Assembly: GCA_038325875.1 (NCBI GenBank)
Contig: JBBQJL010000008.1
Location: 454-64,453 of the forward strand
Reading direction: 5' to 3'
DNA: 64,000 nt
DNA from: Candidatus Limnocylindrales bacterium
Lineage (GTDB): Bacteria > Chloroflexota > Limnocylindria > Limnocylindrales > CSP1-4
Each line of letters begins with the position of its first letter. Position 1 is the stretch's first letter. The notes below the pieces were generated by a model, which was given only the letters and a program-made list of their open reading frames with translations, was not told where the DNA came from and did not search any database. This document shows, piece by piece, positions 58,250 through 64,000 of this stretch. Position numbers and translations under genes: made by a program.

Positions 58250-58639
58250 TCACTCGTCCTCGAGGGTCCTCGCCTGGTCCCACCAGCCCTCGAGCGTGAG
58301 GTCGCTGGGTGGCTCCATCGCCAGCTCCGCGGCGGCCCGGCGGGCTCGCTCCCGGAACGCGGCCAGATCGAGATCGAGGATGTCGCGCAGCCCGTCGATA
58401 CCGGCCTGGATCATCAGCTGGTGCTCGTCTGGCCCGAAGCTCGCGAGGTTGAGCATGAGCGCCTCGTCGCGCCACGTCAGGACCTCGGTCGTGTCGGTCG
58501 CGACCTGGTCGGCCAGCGTCTGGCGGCGGGTCGGCGTCTCGGAGACCTCGAGCAGCAGCCCGGTCGTGAAGATGCCCATCTTGTCGAGACGCGCGAGCAG
58601 GGTGGGCTCGATGCGGGTCAGCTCGTTGATCGGCGGCAT
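58250..58639 (-). CDS. DUF4332-like helix-hairpin-helix protein
   Basis: L.KMGI.TT..LL....TPT.R..LA, W...A, PS...LEGWWDQAR.L. Confidence 0.7.
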   Translation of the reverse strand: MPPINELTRIEPTLLARLDKMGIFTTGLLLEVSETPTRRQTLADQVATDTTEVLTWRDEALMLNLASFGPDEHQLMIQAGIDGLRDILDLDLAAFRERARRAAAELAMEPPSDLTLEGWWDQARTLEDE

Positions 58640-58673
58640 GGACGTGATGATGCCATGCACGCACCCTGCCGTG

Positions 58674-58877
58674 TCAGGAGGCAGCCGGATCCACCGGCCA
58701 CAGTCGCGACGTGTGGTATCCATGGATCGGGTGGTGGGCGCGAGCCTGGAACCGCAAGGCCCCCTGTGTGCCGTCGCGCGAGCGCAGGCGGAACTCGCCG
58801 TCCTGTCGGCCGTCGGCGATGAACCTTCGCCACTGGTCCGGGGTGGTCTCGGCCAGGTCCGGTGCGGTGGTCGTCAT
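58674..58877 (-). CDS. Small hypothetical protein (PAS C-terminal-like fragment)
   Basis: W..F...GRQDGEFRLRSRDGT; GGAGG RBS. Confidence 0.45.
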   Translation of the reverse strand: MTTTAPDLAETTPDQWRRFIADGRQDGEFRLRSRDGTQGALRFQARAHHPIHGYHTSRLWPVDPAAS

Positions 58878-59036
58878 GGGCTCAGCCTCCTGGCCTGTCG
58901 CCGAAGTTCGTGTAGTGCCGATGCGTCCGGGAGTGCGCGAACCGCTGGGCGGCCCTGGACGCGATGCGCACGGCCATCGCGGCGATGCTCGAGGTCGCCT
59001 CGGACGCGTTCGACCTCGATTTCAGTTAGGACAGCA

Positions 59037-59071
59037 ATACGCCCGGAGCATTCTGGGTGCTCCGGGCGTAT
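59037..59071. repeat. Perfect 14-bp inverted repeat hairpin
   Basis: ATACGCCCGGAGCA-ttctggg-TGCTCCGGGCGTAT. Confidence 0.75.
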
Positions 59072-59322
59072 CGGGGCCGGTGGGCCCTTCTGATCCGCTG
59101 GCTTGGGGGAAGCGGCGGACCAGTCGCGCACCGTACGCCGGGTCACGGACCTTTTGCATTAGGGCGATGCACCTATCAAACGAGGAACGGCCCCGCTGCC
59201 GGTCAAGTTCAGCGCGGTCGATGATCGGGCGTCACGCGGCTCTTTCGAAGCGGATCACGTAGTGCGGGCCGCTGGCGCACAAGGCCACGCGATTGAGTGA
59301 CTGAGACCTCCTGGTAGGTTGA

Positions 59323-59456
59323 CGCGATCGAGTCTACGCGCACCTCGATCCGAAGCGAGCGAAGGCGGCGGCGAGACGCATTGACGCCGCGCTCACCTGT
59401 CGACACGACGAGGTCGAAGGCGCGGCCAGGTAACTGCGGTCAGAGCTGCGGTCAGA
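59323..59456 (+). pseudogene. Tyrosine integrase C-terminal remnant with arm-site-like direct repeats
   Basis: DRVYAHLDPKRAKAAARRIDAAL (catalytic-Tyr helix pattern) followed by CTGCGGTCAGA twice (59434, 59446). Confidence 0.55.
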
Positions 59457-59488
59457 CGGCCCTCGGGTAGCCCCCGGGGGCCGTTTTT
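59456..59488 (+). terminator. Intrinsic terminator-like hairpin
   Basis: ACGGCCCTCGGG/CCCGGGGGCCGT stem followed by TTTT. Confidence 0.65.
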
Positions 59489-59502
59489 GTGCTGACACTC
59501 CA

Positions 59503-61026
59503 CTACCCCTCCGGCTTGTCGCCAAAGATCGTGTAGTGCCAGGGCTTCTCGGGCTCGCCGGTCAGCTCGAGCATGACGTGCTTGACCCGCGTGTATTCCT
59601 CGAAGGCATAGCTCGACATGTCTTTGCCGCTGCCCGATTGTTTGAACCCGCCGTGGGGCATCTCCGAGGTCACCATCAGATGGTCGTTGACCTGGACGTG
59701 CCCGAAGTCGAGGGTACGGGCCGCCTCCATCGCGGTGAACACGTCGCGTGTCCAGATCGAGGCCGCCAGGCCGTAGCGGGTGTCGTTCGCGAGCCGGAGC
59801 GCCTCATCGACCGTGTCGAACGGCAGCACTGCCAGGACCGGTCCGAAGACCTCGTCCCGGACGATCTCGCTGTCCTGGGTGCAATCGGTGACGATGGTCG
59901 GCCGGTAGAACGCGCCCTCGGGGAAGCCCGGCACATCGGGCCGGTAGCCACCGGCGACGACGCGGGCGCCGGCCGCGACCGCGCGCTGGACGAAGCCCTC
60001 GACCCGGACCACCTGCTCCGCCGAGATGAGTGTGCCGAGGTCGGTCGCCGGGTCGAACGGATCGCCGACCCGGACGGCGTCGAACAGCTCGGCCGTCCGA
60101 GCGAGGAACGGCTCGAGGACGCTTCGATGGACGTAGGCCCTCGTCGCCGCGGTGCAGTCCTGACCGCCGTTGATGAGCGCCCCCGCCGTCGCGCCGCGGG
60201 CCGCCGCCTCGATGTCCGCATAGGCGCAGACGATGAACGGCGCCTTGCCACCGAGCTCGAGATGGACGCGCTTGAGGTTCGATGACGCCAGCGCCTGGAT
60301 GCGCTTGCCGGTCTCCGTGTCGCCGGTCAACGAGATGAGATCGATGTCCATGTGCGCCGCCAGCGCCGCGCCGACCACATCGCCCCGACCGGTGACGACG
60401 TCGAAGACGCCAGTCGGGATGCCCGCTTCCAGGGCAAGCTCCACAAGCCGGACCGTGGTCAGCGGCGTCGCGGACGCGGGCTTCAGCACGACCGAGTTCC
60501 CGGCCGCCAACGCCGGCCCGATCTTCCAGATGGCCATCCACAACGGATAGTTCCAGGGACTGACCTGACCGACGACGCCTAGCGGCTCGCGCCGGATGAA
60601 GCTCGTGTGCGTGCCGGTGTACTCGTACGCGGCCTTGCCCTCGAGGTTGCGGATCTGGGTCGCGAAGAAGCGCAGGTTGTCACTGGCGAAGGCGAAGTCG
60701 GAATCACGCCGGAGCTTGTAAGCCGTGCCGGTCTGGAGGGTTTCGAGGCGAGCCAGGTCGTTGGCATCGCGATCGAGGAGGTCGCCGAGCCGGTTCATCG
60801 CGGCGACCCGGTCCGGGAGCGGCATCCGCGACCACCGGCCGTCTCGGAAGGCGGCGCGAGCGGCGGCGACCGCCAGATCCACGTCCGCCTCGATCCCGTC
60901 CGGGACGCGGCCCACCAGCTCGCGAGTCGCCGGGCTCCGGACCTCCAGCCAACGCCCGCTCGCCGATGGCGCCGAGGCGCCATCGATGAACATCGGAGAG
61001 TCGGTCGGGATGACCTCGACGGCCAT
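59503..61026 (-). CDS. Aldehyde dehydrogenase (aminobutyraldehyde dehydrogenase-like)
   Basis: PWNYP, LELGGK, NGGQDCTA, EVFGP, EMPHGGFKQSG.GKD.S. Confidence 0.92.
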   Translation of the reverse strand: MAVEVIPTDSPMFIDGASAPSASGRWLEVRSPATRELVGRVPDGIEADVDLAVAAARAAFRDGRWSRMPLPDRVAAMNRLGDLLDRDANDLARLETLQTGTAYKLRRDSDFAFASDNLRFFATQIRNLEGKAAYEYTGTHTSFIRREPLGVVGQVSPWNYPLWMAIWKIGPALAAGNSVVLKPASATPLTTVRLVELALEAGIPTGVFDVVTGRGDVVGAALAAHMDIDLISLTGDTETGKRIQALASSNLKRVHLELGGKAPFIVCAYADIEAAARGATAGALINGGQDCTAATRAYVHRSVLEPFLARTAELFDAVRVGDPFDPATDLGTLISAEQVVRVEGFVQRAVAAGARVVAGGYRPDVPGFPEGAFYRPTIVTDCTQDSEIVRDEVFGPVLAVLPFDTVDEALRLANDTRYGLAASIWTRDVFTAMEAARTLDFGHVQVNDHLMVTSEMPHGGFKQSGSGKDMSSYAFEEYTRVKHVMLELTGEPEKPWHYTIFGDKPEG

Positions 61027-61070
61027 GTAGGGCGCCTCCGCAGTCGTGAGATCGATGGCTGGAGCCGAGT

Positions 61071-62246
61071 CTAGCGGGTCAGGTCGATCGGCCCGCGCGC
61101 TCGGCCCAGGACACTGCGCGCGAATCCGGTCAAGGCCACGTCCTCCAGCGGCGGGTTGATGAGACCGGCCCGCGCGTCACGGAAGGCGCGCTCGAGACGG
61201 CCGGCCAGGAAGCCCGGACCGCCGGCGATCCGCAGCGCCTCATCGGTCGCGGCGACGGCCGCTCGGGTGGCGACGAGCTTGGCCAGCGCGACGTCATCGG
61301 CCGCGGCGGCGAGGTCCGGTCCGTCTCCGGCGGCGATCGCGGCGTCCCACCGCCGGGCGACATCGAGGACGACGATCCGGGCCGCCCGCAGGTCGGCATC
61401 CAGCCGCCCGAGACGGAGCTGGACGCTCGGCACCTCCGCCACCGACGACGAGCCGTCGCCCGGTCGCCGGGACAGCGCCCACCGCGCGACCTCGCTCCGG
61501 GCGCCGTCCCCCACCCCGAGATAGGTCGCCGCGATCGACAGACCGAACCAGGCGCCGGGTACCGGACCGCGCGGATCCGGGTCGGCCACGGTCCGTCGGA
61601 CGAGGAGCGCGTCGGCTGGGACCGGCACGCCATCGAGCACGAGGCGGCCCGAGGCGGACCCGCGCATCCCCATGGCCTCGAAGCCCTGCCGCCGGTCGAT
61701 GCCATCGCTCGTCAGGTCGACCCACCAGACACCTACCTCGACGGGATCCGTCTCAGCCACCCGGGCCGAGACGAAGGCATGAGTCAGGTTCGGGAGCCAG
61801 GTCGTCCAGGTCTTCTCCCCGGTCAGCCGCCAGCCGCCATCCGGGTCGGCGGCCGCCACGGTGCCCGGGATCGCGCCGCGGGCCGGCGAGCCGCCACCTT
61901 CCTCGGTCGCAGCATTGTTGACCAACGCGCCATCGTCGACGATCGCCCGGTAGACGCGCTCGCGGAGCCCGTCCGGAACACCAGCCGAGTCGACCAGTGC
62001 GCCGGTGACGTGGACCTGCATGGCGAACCCGAGCGCCGTCGCACCGTCGACGGCACCGAGCGCCATCAGGACCTCGGTCGCGTCGACCATCCGCCCGCCG
62101 AGACCGCCCGCGGGAGCCGGGACACCAAGCCGGTGCAGCCCAGCCTCGACGATCGCGCGCGCGGCAGCCGGCTCGAACGCGTCGCCGAGGTCGAGCGCCC
62201 CGAGCCCCTCCATCGCGTCCGCAAGGGCTTCCTCGATCTGGCTCAC
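61071..62246 (-). CDS. Acyl-CoA dehydrogenase-fold flavoprotein
   Basis: NNAATE, GEKTWTT, GMRGSAS, LERAFRDAR; GTG 62246 overlaps the upstream stop. Confidence 0.85.
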   Translation of the reverse strand: MSQIEEALADAMEGLGALDLGDAFEPAAARAIVEAGLHRLGVPAPAGGLGGRMVDATEVLMALGAVDGATALGFAMQVHVTGALVDSAGVPDGLRERVYRAIVDDGALVNNAATEEGGGSPARGAIPGTVAAADPDGGWRLTGEKTWTTWLPNLTHAFVSARVAETDPVEVGVWWVDLTSDGIDRRQGFEAMGMRGSASGRLVLDGVPVPADALLVRRTVADPDPRGPVPGAWFGLSIAATYLGVGDGARSEVARWALSRRPGDGSSSVAEVPSVQLRLGRLDADLRAARIVVLDVARRWDAAIAAGDGPDLAAAADDVALAKLVATRAAVAATDEALRIAGGPGFLAGRLERAFRDARAGLINPPLEDVALTGFARSVLGRARGPIDLTR

Positions 62247-62845
62247 TCGCGTTTCCATGTCGTGGCCATCGGGCCGACTGGCCGTCCCGCCCGCGAGTCC
62301 TCGATGAGCCGTGTCAGTCGGCGTTCTCGGGTCGCCGCCTGTTTGGCGCCGGTCACCCAATGGGTCACCGTCTTCCGATACCCCGGCGGCCGGCGCTCCC
62401 AGTCCGCCCAGGCGATCGGGTCGGCGCGGAACCTGGCCGTTTCCTCGTCGCTCAGGGAGCTCGCCTGCCGCTCGTACGAGTAGATCTCGGTCCGCTCCGC
62501 CGTGCGCGCCTCGAACGCCGCGATGCCGGCCGGGCGCATCCGGCCCTGGCCGGTCAGTTCGGCCACCTTGGCGACATTGATGGCGCTCCAGTTACTCCCC
62601 TTGCGACGCGGCGTGAAGCGCTGGACATGGCTCACATCGTCGATCCGCTTGGCGATGCCGTCGATCCAGCCGACGCACAGCGCCTCGTCGACCGCCTGCG
62701 ACCAGGGGACGGTCGGGCGGTCGGTGGCCTTCTTGTAGATGCCGAGCCAGAGCTCGTCGGCGGTGGCGTGGTTCGCGTCGAACCAGTCGCGCAGGTCGGC
62801 TGGGGTCTCGAAGAAGCGGATGTCATGGGGGACCAGCTTCACCAT
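62243..62845 (-). CDS. YdeI/OmpD-associated family protein
   Basis: EALCVGWIDG, RFTPRR..S.WS..N, AKQAATRERRL. Confidence 0.9.
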   Translation of the reverse strand: MVKLVPHDIRFFETPADLRDWFDANHATADELWLGIYKKATDRPTVPWSQAVDEALCVGWIDGIAKRIDDVSHVQRFTPRRKGSNWSAINVAKVAELTGQGRMRPAGIAAFEARTAERTEIYSYERQASSLSDEETARFRADPIAWADWERRPPGYRKTVTHWVTGAKQAATRERRLTRLIEDSRAGRPVGPMATTWKRE

Positions 62846-62867
62846 GCGCGTTGGGTCCGGCGGCCGG

Positions 62868-63818
62868 TCAGACCGAGTTCCCGATCTCGATCAGGACGTC
62901 CCGGATCTGGTCGCCGTACAGCACCAAGAGCGCCACCGGCAGCAAGACCCCGACGAACACGATCAGGACGAGGCAGGTCACGATGGCCAGACCGGAGCCC
63001 CCCGGTGCCGGTTGGACCACGACGGAGCGGGCCCATCGGTCGTGAAGGCCCTGGCGTAGCGGATGCGTGGCGGTCGAGATCAGGAGAACCAGGACCCACA
63101 GGAGGCTGATGAGACCGATCACCGACCCGAGCCCGGGCACCAGGGTGAGGATCGAGATCGCGCCGCTCAACGCGATCCAGCGGAGGACCGCGTCATTGAG
63201 CGACAGCGTCCCGCCCGTCTGTGCCCCGAGGACGCGCAACCGAAGCAGGCGCATGCCAAGAGTGGCGTGCAACGGGCTCGTCCAGAACCCGATGAAGTAC
63301 AGGAAGTCGATGCCCACGAAAGCGATGCCCAATCCCAGGGCCAGGGTGGCGTTACGGTCCGGATTGTAGAAGCCCAGCAGGGCGGTGACACTCGTCGCGA
63401 TCAACCCGAGCAGCAGGGTGTCCGTGAAGAACGCAACCACCCGGGGAAAGGTCGTCGCGATAACGACGCCTTCCGCGACCGAGGTGGCGGCCGGCGTCGC
63501 AGGTGGTGCCCAGGCGACCGCCGGTCCGTCGGCCGGTCCCTTGGATGGATCCGCTTCGGCACCCGTCCAGCCGACCGGTTGGGCCGAGATGATCCCTCCC
63601 GGTGGCGGTGCGGGCGCTGGCTCGAGGGGCGTGACGCCGGGCTCGGCGGGGGGCGTCGGCGGGGCGGGCTCGGCCGGGCCGGACGCGGCGGCCGAATCGA
63701 CCGGGAACCGCGCCGTCTCGGCGTCGGGCTCGGGGGGCGTGGCGTCGGGCTCGACCGCGTCGGGCGGCGGCGTGGCGGGTTCGGGCGGTGGATCCCCATC
63801 GGGGGTCTGCCAGCTCAT
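62868..63818 (-). CDS. RDD family membrane protein with Pro-rich N-terminus
   Basis: RVVAFFTD, ATLGMRLLRLRV, RQGLHDRWA. Confidence 0.88.
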   Translation of the reverse strand: MSWQTPDGDPPPEPATPPPDAVEPDATPPEPDAETARFPVDSAAASGPAEPAPPTPPAEPGVTPLEPAPAPPPGGIISAQPVGWTGAEADPSKGPADGPAVAWAPPATPAATSVAEGVVIATTFPRVVAFFTDTLLLGLIATSVTALLGFYNPDRNATLALGLGIAFVGIDFLYFIGFWTSPLHATLGMRLLRLRVLGAQTGGTLSLNDAVLRWIALSGAISILTLVPGLGSVIGLISLLWVLVLLISTATHPLRQGLHDRWARSVVVQPAPGGSGLAIVTCLVLIVFVGVLLPVALLVLYGDQIRDVLIEIGNSV

Positions 63819-63872
63819 GTCAGCCTCGTCGTGCGGTGTCAGCCCATCCTAGCGACCCGCCCAGGGCCGCGG

Positions 63873-64000
63873 TCAGGCCTCGCCGTCGTCGGTGGCTCGT
63901 CGGCGCCGAGCGCGCCGAGCGACCACGAGGAAGGCCGCCGTGAGCGTCGCGACGACCACCGCGATGACCGCATCGCCGCCTTCGAAGGCCGGAGTCCCGA
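63873..64000 (-). CDS. C-terminal end of a membrane-anchored protein (partial)
   Basis: ...DAVIAVVVATLTAAFLVVARRARRRRATDDGEA*: TM segment plus basic tail. Confidence 0.45.
   Translation of the reverse strand, partial: GTPAFEGGDAVIAVVVATLTAAFLVVARRARRRRATDDGEA

Noticed and set aside
1-64000. CRISPR array, rRNA, IS transposase, reverse transcriptase or defence operon
   Set aside because: No regularly spaced repeats or matching motifs were seen by eye

Overview
High-GC bacterial chromosome segment. Gene content and style suggest Chloroflexota, possibly Limnocylindria/Ellin6529-like (inference only). Left third: tRNA-Val, Thr T-box, thrS-infC-rpmI-rplT-pheS-(inserted lipoprotein)-pheT, cvpA, mpg, mutS2, two methyltransferases and a long minus-strand envelope/peptide operon. 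Centre (~23.9-43.35 kb): an accessory region at the 3' end of tRNA-Arg(CCT). It holds a 15.4-kb island bounded by identical 16-bp att cores, carrying a large serine recombinase that reads antisense into the tRNA and a sugar-acid/amino-sugar catabolic cluster with three shared operators. Further left are eroded older units, marked by a recombinase C-terminal remnant, a repeated peptide-coding post-att tail, a tRNA-Gly 3' fragment and a truncated amidase. Right third: PQQ-type sugar dehydrogenase, glutaredoxin-ccdA-tlpA, nrdR-dcd with tandem NrdR boxes, fadF/acyl-CoA dehydrogenase/etfBA, molybdopterin genes, a tyrosine-integrase scar, aldehyde dehydrogenase and membrane proteins. Most notable: (1) a tandem, cassette-like array of serine-recombinase islands whose recombinase C-terminus spans the att site; (2) a lipoprotein gene sitting exactly at the pheS/pheT junction, followed by a diverged copy of the pheS tail that could restore translational coupling to pheT. 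All calls come from reading the sequence and ORF track; no database searches were run.
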